A DNA stretch of 64,000 nucleotides from Candidatus Obscuribacteraceae bacterium. GTDB taxonomy: Bacteria; Cyanobacteriota; Vampirovibrionia; Obscuribacterales; Obscuribacteraceae. The notes under the pieces are model-generated. The model was not told the origin of the DNA, did not search any database, and was given only the letters and a program-made list of their open reading frames with translations. The stretch spans positions 288,001 to 352,000 of the forward strand of contig JBGASG010000004.1 of NCBI GenBank assembly GCA_044229845.1, given 5' to 3'. This document shows positions 9,112 to 19,353 of this stretch, piece after piece (within the stretch, counting starts at the first letter, position 1; every line of letters begins with the position of its first letter). The position numbers and the translations under genes are program-made.

Positions 9112-10644
9112 TCACCTCGTGTTTGTACTGAGAGCTAAAATCTCGTCGTCGTGCTGCTTCTGTTTCACATCGTTTTCCAACTTCGCCACGAGCTTTTGAA
9201 GGCCCGCAGGAGTTTTTCCGCGAAACACCAAGCGACAGCAGGACAACGCTGCCTTTGCAACAGAAAGCTTCGGACGCTTCTTAATCAGCCGCCACCAGTG
9301 CCAGATGCGGAAGCGGTAGGACTTCAGATACAGCAGGTCGTAAATCATGCGGTCGTACGCAAAAAGAAATGCCTTCGCGTCGAACATCGCATCGCTCGGT
9401 TCCTTCAAATAGAGCCGATGCGGGTGCCGCGCCACAAATCGTTGGCACGCGAGTTCGTATATCTCAGCCGTTTGGCGCGCGATTTCCGTGCGTTGAAACT
9501 TATCGAGAGTCCGCTGCCGCGCGGCTTTCCCCATGGCGATGCGTTCGGCATCGTTCTCCAGCAAACGCAAAATTGCATCGGCAAGTGCATCACCGTCGCG
9601 GGGCGGGACAATAATCCCCGACTCGCCGTCCGTCACATATTCACGCGTCCCGCCCGCCGAGGTGCCCACCACGGGGCGCCCGCAGGACATCGCTTCCAGG
9701 CAGGTATAAGGCGAGTTGTCGTACACCGACGGCACCACACAAATGTCGGCTGAGCGGTAGTGCGCAGGCAGTTCCTTCAATGGGATGCGAGGAATGAACA
9801 GCAAATTGCCGGCACAACCGCGGTCGGCGATTTGCTTATCCAGTTCAGCCTTGACCGACTTCTGTCCCTTGCCGTTATTGGTGTCATCGCCGATGATGAC
9901 GAAACGGACATTGGGAAACTTCGCCACCACTTTCGGCACTGCATCGATCAGATATCTGATGCCCTTGCGTTCTTCGAGGCGACCGACAAACAGCACGGTC
10001 AGCCGACCATCGGGCTTGATAGCCTTGTCCCCGTCGGGAGAAAACTCTTGCGGGTCAATCGGATTACGGATAATCCGTATTTCGTTGCGCGGATAATGCA
10101 AATCACTCGCCACGAAGTCAGCCAGATCCTCGCTCGGAGAAGTAATCGCGTCGGAGGAAACCATCGCCACCCGCTCAAGCATGGCGACAAACTGGTGATC
10201 GAAGGTCGGCGTGACGTTGTGCAGACCTTCGGCAATGAACTTGGAATGCGGTGTATAGAGCCGCACCACCAGCGGTGCCGCTTTAGTGATGGCGGGCACC
10301 AACCCCTCGGCAAGCAGTTCGGGCGTGTCGATTACATCGAAGGGACGTTCATTGTGCAGTTCGAAAAACTTTTCCCAGAGCGCCGTCGTCGTTTGCAAAA
10401 CATAACGACTGTAGGGCATACAAAAGGCAACACAGCCCAGATTTCCGGGGATATCGGTTGGGACGACCCGGTGCACCCGGATTCCGTCTTGAACGACGGT
10501 TTTCGCCGTATCCCTGGCCAGCGCTACGACTTCGACTTCATGCCCGATCTCCTTCAGCCCATTTGCCAAATGGTTGCTGAAGGTGGCAATGCCGCCGAAA
10601 CCGGTCTCTGGCGGATATTCACGCGAGATGATGCAGACGCGCAT
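9112..10644 (-). CDS. GT4 glycosyltransferase
   Basis: EYPP..GGI, FVGRLEERKG, PSVYDNSPYTCLEAMSCG. Confidence 0.92.
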   Translation of the reverse strand: MRVCIISREYPPETGFGGIATFSNHLANGLKEIGHEVEVVALARDTAKTVVQDGIRVHRVVPTDIPGNLGCVAFCMPYSRYVLQTTTALWEKFFELHNERPFDVIDTPELLAEGLVPAITKAAPLVVRLYTPHSKFIAEGLHNVTPTFDHQFVAMLERVAMVSSDAITSPSEDLADFVASDLHYPRNEIRIIRNPIDPQEFSPDGDKAIKPDGRLTVLFVGRLEERKGIRYLIDAVPKVVAKFPNVRFVIIGDDTNNGKGQKSVKAELDKQIADRGCAGNLLFIPRIPLKELPAHYRSADICVVPSVYDNSPYTCLEAMSCGRPVVGTSAGGTREYVTDGESGIIVPPRDGDALADAILRLLENDAERIAMGKAARQRTLDKFQRTEIARQTAEIYELACQRFVARHPHRLYLKEPSDAMFDAKAFLFAYDRMIYDLLYLKSYRFRIWHWWRLIKKRPKLSVAKAALSCCRLVFRGKTPAGLQKLVAKLENDVKQKQHDDEILALSTNTR

Positions 10645-10770
10645 GGGCTAGATGTTAGCACCAACCCCTTTACGTCTCATGAGATCCAGCATAACTCGAT
10701 GCGGTCAGGGAGCCCCGGCGCTTGGAAACCAAAGCCGAAGAACCGCAAATATGAGCGCTTTCCAACAGAG

Positions 10771-12297
10771 TCAACTTTGCTCCATTCGATCCAGGAGGTC
10801 TTTGGAGTCATCAACGTCGACTCCGGGCAGAGCCCCACCCCTTGTGCGACAAACAGGTAGCCACTCAGGTTGATCGACACCGAAGGGCTGTAACTTGTCG
10901 AGTTCCTTATGCGGAAGTCCTTCGACCGTGACCGCTGGTGCCAGCTCTGTGACCCGTCCGGCTCTCGTATCGACGGTGCGCAATTTCGTCGGGAATTCGT
11001 CTTTTTCGGGAGCATCCTCGAATGCGCTCTCCGGCAATAGACCGAGATCCTGCACCCACATCGCAGTGCGCGCCAGCGAAACTTTCACATGGTAGCTGCC
11101 ACCATCCGTCGCCCGCTTCAGAAGCGCGGTCATAACCCCGCTCGCAGCCAGATAGCCTGTTAGGAAATCGTTGAGATAGAAGACCGGCGAAAACGTCGGC
11201 GCGCCGCCTCGCCCTTCCGTTGCCGCAAAACCTGTAGCGACCTGCGCGTTTTGATCAAAGCCGGGGCGCGCCTTCCATGGTCCTTCGAATCCATACGCAT
11301 TCACGGACAAACATATAATCCCCGGGTGCTCTTTCGCTAGTTCCGCAGGCGAGAGCCCGAACCTTTCCGCCACGCTAGGTCTGTAGGAGCAGGCAAACAC
11401 GTCCGCCTCACTGAGCAGTCGTTTCATTTTTTGTCTGTCTTCTTCCAGAGTGAGATAGAGGTATGCCGAGCGTTTCCCCATATTCACCAGAAGATTTTGC
11501 GAAATCGTATCTCTGTGATAAGGAGAGCTGATGTGCATTACATCAGCTCCGTACTGAGCGAGACTGCGCATACTTCTAGGTCCGGCCAGCACGTGCGTGA
11601 AATCCACGACCTTGATGCCGTCGAGAGGAAAGCTACATCCCGGCTTCAATCCGTGCGGTTGCCCATCGCCGATTTTTTCAATTTCAATCACCGGCTTCGT
11701 CAGCAGCGCTTGTCCCTGCGGGTGTCGCCGCCATTCATCGGCTTCGTATGCAATGCAGGCAGGCAGACCAAGAGCCGACAGCTTCTCCTGAAGATCTTCG
11801 GCATCGTACTTCGCAATCTCTCTGCCAATCGACTCGCGATTGTTGCCGCAGTCGAAGAAGTTGAGATAGCCGCGTTCCAGTTTCGTATACGGAGGTCCGG
11901 CTTCAGTCATGATGTAGCGACCATCCGCGCAACGAAAGATGCCGTTGGTTGGCACCAGCTCTGCGCCGACCGTCAGCGCATAACCGTTGTGCCAGAGGAA
12001 GTGCGTCGAGTGCAGTGCGTGAATTGCATCATGAACGTCTATGTCGGCTACAAGATTCTCATTCGCGGTGCCTGTGCGATGTTTCCATATCGCTGCTGCT
12101 GCAATAACTTCGAGCAACAACGTGTATGCCGTCGCCTCGGACAGATGATGTGGAGACCTCAAGATCGGATCGGCACCGGTCAGGCGCGCGTCACCGTTGT
12201 AGGCGGCATCCAGCCCCAGTCCGCGCATCAAGTTGGATAGGTCCGGCAACTTCTGACTGCGGAGCGTTCTTATCACCTGGGTGACTGGTGTTGTCAT
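10771..12297 (-). CDS. family III CoA transferase (CaiB/BaiF), long form
   Basis: LDGIKVVDFTHVLAGP, GKRS, RPGFDQ, YLNDF; GAGGAG RBS before ATG 12297. Confidence 0.9.
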   Translation of the reverse strand: MTTPVTQVIRTLRSQKLPDLSNLMRGLGLDAAYNGDARLTGADPILRSPHHLSEATAYTLLLEVIAAAAIWKHRTGTANENLVADIDVHDAIHALHSTHFLWHNGYALTVGAELVPTNGIFRCADGRYIMTEAGPPYTKLERGYLNFFDCGNNRESIGREIAKYDAEDLQEKLSALGLPACIAYEADEWRRHPQGQALLTKPVIEIEKIGDGQPHGLKPGCSFPLDGIKVVDFTHVLAGPRSMRSLAQYGADVMHISSPYHRDTISQNLLVNMGKRSAYLYLTLEEDRQKMKRLLSEADVFACSYRPSVAERFGLSPAELAKEHPGIICLSVNAYGFEGPWKARPGFDQNAQVATGFAATEGRGGAPTFSPVFYLNDFLTGYLAASGVMTALLKRATDGGSYHVKVSLARTAMWVQDLGLLPESAFEDAPEKDEFPTKLRTVDTRAGRVTELAPAVTVEGLPHKELDKLQPFGVDQPEWLPVCRTRGGALPGVDVDDSKDLLDRMEQS

Positions 12298-12333
12298 TTC
12301 ATCAATCTCCTCGTCTATGCGACGCAGCATGCA

Positions 12334-13092
12334 TCAACGATACATGCTGCGCCAGAAAAGTTCGGTACAGATCCCAAGAACCACAATTACTATAGCCACC
12401 ACAACCCATTCCGACTTCGATAGATTTTCTCTCTTCGCCTCTCCTGCTGCACTAACCATGCGCAACGCCTGAAAGGACAACAGCATTCCGCAAGTCTGAA
12501 AAATCCGAAGCGCGAAGGAAAACGTGACGGGCGAGACTGCGGACTCATGAGCCGTCGAAAGTACGAGAATGTTGGACAGAAGGGACAATCCAAGCGGCAC
12601 AACAAATGGCGCAGTCAAGCCAGTCCAGACCGTCGTCACAAAGAGGGACCGCTTCCCGTTACGATCAAACAACCCGCGGGCCAACCAACAAGAAGCGGGC
12701 AAACCGCCAATCAGCGGACAGAGCAGCGCAGATAGAAGCAGCATTGCGCGGGGGTGCACGCCCATTCCGTTATTCTTAAGTTCACTTAGCTCGAGCAAAC
12801 AATACGACACGGCTAGTCCACTCAGAAAGATTGTCACAAGCGCCAAGTTATCCGTGGTGCCGATCGCGTGCTCCGAGTGATTCTTCAGGGCTCTCGCAAC
12901 GCGACGACACCAATACAGCCACGGAAGGGAACAGGCTAGTTGGGCAAGTATGTACAAGCGGACGCCATTTGGAATAGCTGCGAAGGAGTGCAATCCAAGC
13001 GCGCCTACAATGAGTGGAACCAGACACAAAAACTGGTCCCAAGGCACCCGATGGATGTGCTTCCTATTTGCGAGTCTCTGGCTTTCTGACAC
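12334..13092 (-). CDS. multi-pass membrane hypothetical protein (candidate immunity protein)
   Basis: About 7 hydrophobic segments; start overlaps the stop of the upstream effector-like gene by 29 nt. Confidence 0.6.
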   Translation of the reverse strand: MSESQRLANRKHIHRVPWDQFLCLVPLIVGALGLHSFAAIPNGVRLYILAQLACSLPWLYWCRRVARALKNHSEHAIGTTDNLALVTIFLSGLAVSYCLLELSELKNNGMGVHPRAMLLLSALLCPLIGGLPASCWLARGLFDRNGKRSLFVTTVWTGLTAPFVVPLGLSLLSNILVLSTAHESAVSPVTFSFALRIFQTCGMLLSFQALRMVSAAGEAKRENLSKSEWVVVAIVIVVLGICTELFWRSMYR

Positions 13093-14129
13093 CCGACCTC
13101 GCCATTTCCTCGACCTTTGACCACTCTTCTTTTGTGATCGGTTGTTTCATCGTATAGATTACTTCGCCACCACCGGGAGCGATTAGCTGATAGCCTGTCG
13201 GAAGATACTCAGGGCTGCCATCGCGCTGTTTGACGGAGTGAAACACCTGCCCATTTTCTCTCGCAACTTTGTCTGGTGCTGCCAAAACGTACATCCCTGT
13301 CTTGTCAGCCATCATCGCGGCCAGACTCTTCCCTCCTTCTGGAACCGCTCCGCCGTCACACACAACTAATATCATCAACGGAGGTGCGTCGGGATGACTC
13401 TCCCGATGGGCTTTCAACGAAATATCGATTTTCTTCATAGCTTCATCTGGAGAGATTTTCGCTCCTGCCCACCACGGGATGCCACCAAACTCTTTTCAGA
13501 ATCGCACCAGGAGTGCCATGTGCAGAGACGGCAAAGATTTCGGGCGGAGCGGTAGTCTTCGGAAGTCCCATATGCAGGTCCAGCGGACCAATTGCAATGC
13601 CAATATCTCCTGCGAAATCGCAATCGGCGTTACGGACTGATCCCTCCGGCGGTCCAATCTCCACGGCTGGGTGCTTGATGCGTTCACTTGCCTCATCCTT
13701 GTTCTGAACCTCGCCAGGCAACATGAGGGTAGAAAAACGCTTCGAAACCGCAGACTGAGCCGATTCGAGCAGTCCGCTCGCCTTTCTCACAATGTAGTCA
13801 ATCGAAAAGATGGCCCTAATTTCGGCCTCTTGCTCTGGCGTTTCAGCCACCGAAAGTGCGTTTTTCAACCCTTCCATGAAAGAGTGTCGAGGCACATGGC
13901 TCTCACCACTAGCTCTATATTCTTTGCCGGCGGCCTTGTCTTCCAAAACAAATTCGGCACCTGAGCGCGCAGCGGACAGCGCCTGATCGCCAACACCCGA
14001 GAACGTCTTAAACTTGGGCTCATATCCGGCCGCCTGCTGCTCCTCCGATATGTTCTCCTCTGCGGCTTTACAGCCTGATGTCCCGTCGGGTTTCTCCGAG
14101 TTCTTATGAAAGTTTCTCTCTAGCGACAT
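13064..14129 (-). pseudogene. putative polymorphic effector (shared N-terminal domain plus His/Cys caspase/C80-like domain), frameshifted near 13495
   Basis: Likely start ATG 14129. Removing one A from CTGAAAAGAG joins SAHGTPGAILK to EFGGIPWWAGAKISPDEAMKKI...LVVCDGG..SLAAMMADKTGMYVLAAP. Confidence 0.65.
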
Positions 14130-14295
14130 TCCAACACGCTCAATACCAGTCAATAGAGATGTTCCCAGTTTCAGTTGGAGCAAAAACTGAGAATCCAACA
14201 CACGTGACGCGGAATGTCCTCTGATTCTTGACCCCAGAGCTGTTTCGCGATAACATAGCCATATAGATAGCCATCTGCAGAACTCAGCAAAATCG

Positions 14296-14577
14296 ATGTC
14301 CAAACGATACTCTATAGCCGAGGCGCGAGATAATCTTGCAGCCATCCTTTACGAACTCGAACACGAAAAGAGCGTCGAGATCACTAGGCGAGGGCAGCCT
14401 GTTGCAGTTTTGGTATCGAAGGCGGCCTATGATCGAATGAATTCCCCGGGTCAAGGTTTCTGGAACGCATACGAAGCCTTCAAACGAAGGGTGAATCTTA
14501 GTGAACTAAACATCGATCCCGACGAGGTTTGGGGTAATGTACGCGACCAGTCACAGGGGCGCAGAATCGACCTTTGA
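14296..14577 (+). CDS. Phd/YefM-family antitoxin
   Basis: YSIAEARDNLA, VEITRRGQPVAVLVS; overlaps the toxin gene. Confidence 0.9.
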   Translation: MSKRYSIAEARDNLAAILYELEHEKSVEITRRGQPVAVLVSKAAYDRMNSPGQGFWNAYEAFKRRVNLSELNIDPDEVWGNVRDQSQGRRIDL

Positions 14578-14981
14578 ACAGATTTCTGCTCGATACGAAT
14601 GTCGTTTCAGAGCCGCTCAGACCGAAGCCGAACCGCATTCTAATTGCCCGTCTGAGAGAGCACGAAACGGAATTAGCGCTACCCTCGATCGTCTGGCATG
14701 AACTCCTATTTGGCTGCGCCTCTCTGCCCGTCGGTGTGAAACGCACTGCTATAGAAGATTATCTGAATTCGATACCCTGGATCATTTTGCCTTATGATTC
14801 CGAGGCCGCAGAATGGCACGCACAAGAGCGCGCGCGTCTTCAGCGGCTCGGAAAGACGCCCACCTTCCCTGATGGGCAGATAGCCGCTATTGCGGTCACT
14901 CAAAAGCTCACGCTAGTCACACTCAACCGCCGCGATTTCCAGAACTTCAAAGGAGTGAATCTTGCCGACTGGACTCGCTAG
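14574..14981 (+). CDS. vapC: VapC PIN-domain toxin
   Basis: LLDTNVVSE, DGQIAAIA, LVTLNRRDF. Confidence 0.92.
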   Translation: MNRFLLDTNVVSEPLRPKPNRILIARLREHETELALPSIVWHELLFGCASLPVGVKRTAIEDYLNSIPWIILPYDSEAAEWHAQERARLQRLGKTPTFPDGQIAAIAVTQKLTLVTLNRRDFQNFKGVNLADWTR

Positions 14982-15005
14982 CTTATCGGAGTTCGCCACT
15001 GAAAC

Positions 15006-16541
15006 ATGAGCAAATTCAGCGAACTATCCGCCGCCAAGAAAGTGTTGCTCGTTGTGGGCGGGCTTCTCCTGCTCAACATAATTGGCTTCACGGCGCTGTT
15101 CTTTCTGCTCGGCGGTCCGCACCTGGCGCAAACCATATCCAGCATCTTCACATACAAACCAGGACCTGACGAGGACTACAGCCCCGAAGGGCGCATCAAG
15201 TCAAACTCTAAGAAAATCGCAGAGAATCCACGCGATGCCAATGCTTACGAGCAACGCGCCCAGGCATACGAAAGCCTCGATAACTACCAGTCTGCGTTGA
15301 AGGACATGAACTCCGCAATATCACTCAAAGATGGTGAAGCGGACTGGTACAAAGATCGCGCCGACATCCACGAACGGCTTGGACACTTGGACGCGGCCAT
15401 CGAAGATTACGCGCGCGCTATAAAACTAAATCCGAGCGACGACAGCTTATACGTGGATCGCGCTCATTGCTACAGCAAACTGAACAAACAAAAAGAAGCT
15501 TTCGCGGACTATGCAAAAGGGCTGGAAGTGAGCAAAAGCAAGAGCTGGATCTACTTCAACCGCGCCAGATTGTATGAGGATCTCGGTGACGACAAAAATG
15601 CGATCATCGACTACAACAAGGCGATCGATACGGCCGACAAGTCTCAGGGCGATCCGCAATCAGTGCGCAACCTGGTTGAATTGCATGATCGACTCGGCGA
15701 GACGGAGCAAGCTATAAAAGATTGCGCCCGCTGGGTGTCCATGAAACCATCCAGCTATGACGCGTACGAGATGCGCGGCGATCTCTACGAGCAATCCGGT
15801 CAGCCTGACAAAGCGAAAGCGGACTACGAACAGGCAGAGAAACTGCTCACCGAGGAGATCGAAGAAGATCACAACGCCTCCGTCCTCGACAATCGCGCTG
15901 AAATTCGGAAGAAGCTGGGTCGCATGGAAGACGCGAAAAAAGACTGGCTGCGAGCGATCGAGCGATACAAAAACAAAGAAGTCCATTTCACGGGCGACTT
16001 ATCAGAATACGACTCGATTGCCGAACTCTACGACAAGATTGGCGACACGGCATCTGCCAAGGAATGGCGGCAAAAGCATGTCGATCAGCTGTCCGAAGAG
16101 ATTAGGAAAAATCCGGAGAATGCGGATAAGTGGCACGACCGCGGCGTCGTCTATTCCGATATGAATGAGCAAGACAAAGCGCTGTCCGACTTTTCGAAGG
16201 CACTAGCATTATCGCCCTACGACGGCGACTACCACCACCACCGTGCAGTGTGCTACATCAAGCAAAAGAACTATCCACAGGCGCTCGCAGAAGCACTGAG
16301 AGCAGTCGAGTACGCCAGGGGCACCGGGAGCGATTTCCACGAAACGCTTGCCCACGCGCTTGAACTGACAGGAAGACATCAGGCTGCCATCATCGCAGCC
16401 AATCAAGCTCTAGCACGTTTTAAATCAGACGGACGCGCGCTCTATTGGCGCGCGCAAGCGGAACAAAATCTGGGACAAACCGAAGCGAGCAAGCGTGATT
16501 TCGCCCGCGCCAAGCGTTTCGGATGTGTCTCCCCGGACTGA
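15006..16541 (+). CDS. membrane-anchored TPR protein
   Basis: N-terminal transmembrane segment; repeated TPR consensus (AIEDYARAIKLNP, ALSDFSKALALSP). Confidence 0.9.
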   Translation: MSKFSELSAAKKVLLVVGGLLLLNIIGFTALFFLLGGPHLAQTISSIFTYKPGPDEDYSPEGRIKSNSKKIAENPRDANAYEQRAQAYESLDNYQSALKDMNSAISLKDGEADWYKDRADIHERLGHLDAAIEDYARAIKLNPSDDSLYVDRAHCYSKLNKQKEAFADYAKGLEVSKSKSWIYFNRARLYEDLGDDKNAIIDYNKAIDTADKSQGDPQSVRNLVELHDRLGETEQAIKDCARWVSMKPSSYDAYEMRGDLYEQSGQPDKAKADYEQAEKLLTEEIEEDHNASVLDNRAEIRKKLGRMEDAKKDWLRAIERYKNKEVHFTGDLSEYDSIAELYDKIGDTASAKEWRQKHVDQLSEEIRKNPENADKWHDRGVVYSDMNEQDKALSDFSKALALSPYDGDYHHHRAVCYIKQKNYPQALAEALRAVEYARGTGSDFHETLAHALELTGRHQAAIIAANQALARFKSDGRALYWRAQAEQNLGQTEASKRDFARAKRFGCVSPD

Positions 16542-16561
16542 TTCTAAAATCACTGACGCGT

Positions 16562-17542
16562 CTATCGCGTCCGACCCGACTCGCGCACTGAATGCGATAC
16601 CATAGGCCGCTCAGCGACAGACCCGGATTTCGATTGACCCGCTTGGGCACCGGAAGAAACAGCTGCAGCAGCCAGCGTCGGCGTGGAACCATTGCGCAGC
16701 TTGTACGCAGCAATCCGAACATAAGCCAGAGACATCAACCCGAAGGCTACGAATGGATCCAGCCACATGCGGTCTTCGCGATAGTGCTTGCGCCAGAAAC
16801 GAATCAATCCGCGGTGCGAAGAAAGGATCATCTTCGCCTTCACTTGTTTAATCGATTGACCGTAGTGATGCACGACTTTAGCGTCGGGCGTAAACCAGAT
16901 ACTCATGCCGGCTTTCTTGATGCGGTAGCACCAATCTACTTCCTCGAACAACATGAAGTAACCTTCATCGAGGGTGCCGACTTCTTCGAGCAGCGTTTTG
17001 CGAATCATCAGGCAGGCGCCTTCCGGCTGGTCGACTTCGCGGGCGTGGTCGTGCTCGAAGTCGAGCATCTTATATGAACCGAATCGCGGGTCTTTCGGAA
17101 ATAGTTTGCTGAGCCCGAGCAATTCATAGAACATGGCGGTGAATGTCGGGAATTGGCGGCAGGAGCGTTGAATAGATCCGTCCGAATTCAGCAACTGCGG
17201 TGCCACGACTGCGATGCTGGGGTTTTTGTCCAGCACCTTCATAAGCGTGCGAATCGCGCCGGGTTTCACTTCCGTGTCGGGATTGAGAAGCAACACCTTT
17301 TCACCGCGAGCGATTTCAAAAACCTGATTGTTAGCCGCCGCAAAACCGCGATTGTCTTCATTCGCAATCAGACGAACCCATGGATAATCGCGCGCCACCA
17401 TGTCGGCTGAACCGTCCGCGGACGCGTTGTCGACCACATAGACTTCCGCCGCCAGCCCATAAAGCTCATGGCGCAGGCTCTCCAGACAAGCAGCCAGGAG
17501 CGCTTGTGTGTTCCAACTAACGATGACGACGGTCAACTGCAT
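16562..17542 (-). CDS. GT2 glycosyltransferase (WbbL/rhamnosyltransferase-like)
   Basis: VIVSWN, VVDNASADGS, LLLNPD, GACLM, FEEVDWC; next to rfb genes. Confidence 0.9.
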   Translation of the reverse strand: MQLTVVIVSWNTQALLAACLESLRHELYGLAAEVYVVDNASADGSADMVARDYPWVRLIANEDNRGFAAANNQVFEIARGEKVLLLNPDTEVKPGAIRTLMKVLDKNPSIAVVAPQLLNSDGSIQRSCRQFPTFTAMFYELLGLSKLFPKDPRFGSYKMLDFEHDHAREVDQPEGACLMIRKTLLEEVGTLDEGYFMLFEEVDWCYRIKKAGMSIWFTPDAKVVHHYGQSIKQVKAKMILSSHRGLIRFWRKHYREDRMWLDPFVAFGLMSLAYVRIAAYKLRNGSTPTLAAAAVSSGAQAGQSKSGSVAERPMVSHSVRESGRTR

Positions 17543-17575
17543 GGGCGTTTTGCGTGGTATCTGAAGAATCGGAGA

Positions 17576-18202
17576 CTAATTGCCACCACGTCCGGTGAGG
17601 ACCGTGCTGACTGTAAGCGCGATTATCCGCCAGTCGAGCCAGTAATTCCAGTTGTCGCAATACCACTTATCGAAACTAACTTTTTCATCATCCGCCAGTT
17701 CGTCTCGACCATTAACTTGCGCCCATCCGGTAATGCCCGGTGGAAACCGCAGTACGCCTGCTTCCTGCCGTTTCTCATTGAGAGAAACCTGATTGTGCAA
17801 CGCCGGTCGTGGACCAACGATGGTCATGTCGCCGCGTAATACATTGATCAATTGCGGCAGTTCGTCGATGCTCGTAGCGCGAATGAATTTGCCCAAACGC
17901 GTCACAGGGCTGGGCATTTTGAGCATCTGGTCGGTGGGGATATCCGGCGTATCGCAGCGCATGCTGCGAAACTTATAAATTTCGAAATACTCGCCGAAGC
18001 GACCAAAGCGTTTTTGCTTGAAGATAATCGGCCCAGGTGAATCGATTTTTATCAATGCCGCCGTCACCAGCATGATCGGCGAAAGTGCAACCAGCGCCGA
18101 TCCCGCAAGCACTACGTCCGTCACGCGCTTGCATGTTAAACCGATCTTCGTTTCCGAATTCTTAACTGGCACCGGTGCGAGTTCACTGGAAGTGTTTCTC
18201 AT
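17576..18202 (-). CDS. initiating polyprenyl-phosphate sugar phosphotransferase (bacterial sugar transferase)
   Basis: KRVTD, YKFRSM, SIDELPQLINVLRGDMTIVGPRP, PGITGWAQVNGR. Confidence 0.93.
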   Translation of the reverse strand: MRNTSSELAPVPVKNSETKIGLTCKRVTDVVLAGSALVALSPIMLVTAALIKIDSPGPIIFKQKRFGRFGEYFEIYKFRSMRCDTPDIPTDQMLKMPSPVTRLGKFIRATSIDELPQLINVLRGDMTIVGPRPALHNQVSLNEKRQEAGVLRFPPGITGWAQVNGRDELADDEKVSFDKWYCDNWNYWLDWRIIALTVSTVLTGRGGN

Positions 18203-18262
18203 TCTACGTTGTCACGCCTTAGGTAGAATCAGCAGCCGTCACCTAAACAGGTACTTTAGCAG

Positions 18263-19339
18263 ATGAAAGGACTAATTCTAAGCGGTGGCAAGGGTACGCG
18301 GATGCGTCCAATCACGCACACCGCGGCAAAACAGCTCTTGCCTGTGGCGAACAAACCTATTTTGTTCTATGCCGTCGAAGCCATTAAAGAAGCCGGCATC
18401 AACGAAATCGGGATCATCATCAGTCCGGAAACCGGCAATGATGTGCGTGCCACCGTCGGTAATGGCGAGCGCTGGGGCATCAAAATTGAGTACATCGTGC
18501 AGGACGAACCGAAAGGTCTGGCGCACGCTGTAGTCACCGCCCGCGACTTCCTCAAAGACTCGCCTTTCGTAATGTACCTGGGCGACAACCTTATTAAGAA
18601 TGGAGTGGCTCCTCTGGTTCGTCGGTTCGATGAATCTAAAAAGGATGCGCTGATTCTTCTTAAAGAAGTACCGAATCCTGCATCGTTCGGCGTGGCTCAA
18701 TTGAGCGACGACGGCAGCCGCATCATCTGCCTGGAAGAGAAGCCCGCCAAGCCCAAATCGAATTTGGCGCTGGTCGGTGTTTATCTCTTCAATCCACATA
18801 TTCACACCGCCATCGATCAAATCAAACCAAGCAAACGCGGCGAACTGGAAATCACCGACGCCATTCAAAAGATGATCGACCTCAGCTATCACGTCGACAG
18901 CCACGTGCTGAAGACCTGGTGGCTCGACACTGGAAAGAAAGACGACATGCTGGAAGCCAACCGCGTCGTGCTCGACGAAATGGAAGACTTCTTGATGCAC
19001 GGTCAACTGGAAGGCAACACGATCATCTCCGGTCGTGTGCACGTCGGCGTCAACTCCGTACTGCGCAACTGCACGGTGCGCGGACCGGCCGTCATCGGCG
19101 ACAACTGCGTTCTGGAGAACAGCTATGTCGGACCGTTCACATCGATCGGCGACGGCGCCAAAGTCAGCCATGCGGAAATCGAACACAGCATCTTGCGTGA
19201 AAACTGCCAGATGCTGGACTTCAATGGACGCATCGAAGATTCACTGATCGGCGTCAATGTCGAACTGACTCGCGGTCACCGCAAACCAATCGCCTACAGA
19301 TTTATGCTCGGCGACGACAGCAAAGTCGAAGTCGTTTAG
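18263..19339 (+). CDS. rfbA: glucose-1-phosphate thymidylyltransferase (long form)
   Basis: LSGGKGTRMRP, KQLLPVANKP, YLGDN, RGELEITD, WLDTG. Confidence 0.95.
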   Translation: MKGLILSGGKGTRMRPITHTAAKQLLPVANKPILFYAVEAIKEAGINEIGIIISPETGNDVRATVGNGERWGIKIEYIVQDEPKGLAHAVVTARDFLKDSPFVMYLGDNLIKNGVAPLVRRFDESKKDALILLKEVPNPASFGVAQLSDDGSRIICLEEKPAKPKSNLALVGVYLFNPHIHTAIDQIKPSKRGELEITDAIQKMIDLSYHVDSHVLKTWWLDTGKKDDMLEANRVVLDEMEDFLMHGQLEGNTIISGRVHVGVNSVLRNCTVRGPAVIGDNCVLENSYVGPFTSIGDGAKVSHAEIEHSILRENCQMLDFNGRIEDSLIGVNVELTRGHRKPIAYRFMLGDDSKVEVV

Positions 19340-19353
19340 GAGGAAACTAGCGC

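Noticed and set aside
14130..14345. N-terminal extensions in the ORF track (also 25875, 32267, 33124, 40458, 45733, 45842, 47268, 56420)
   Set aside because: They overlap neighbouring genes or lack homology-like content; downstream starts with an RBS or gene coupling fit better.
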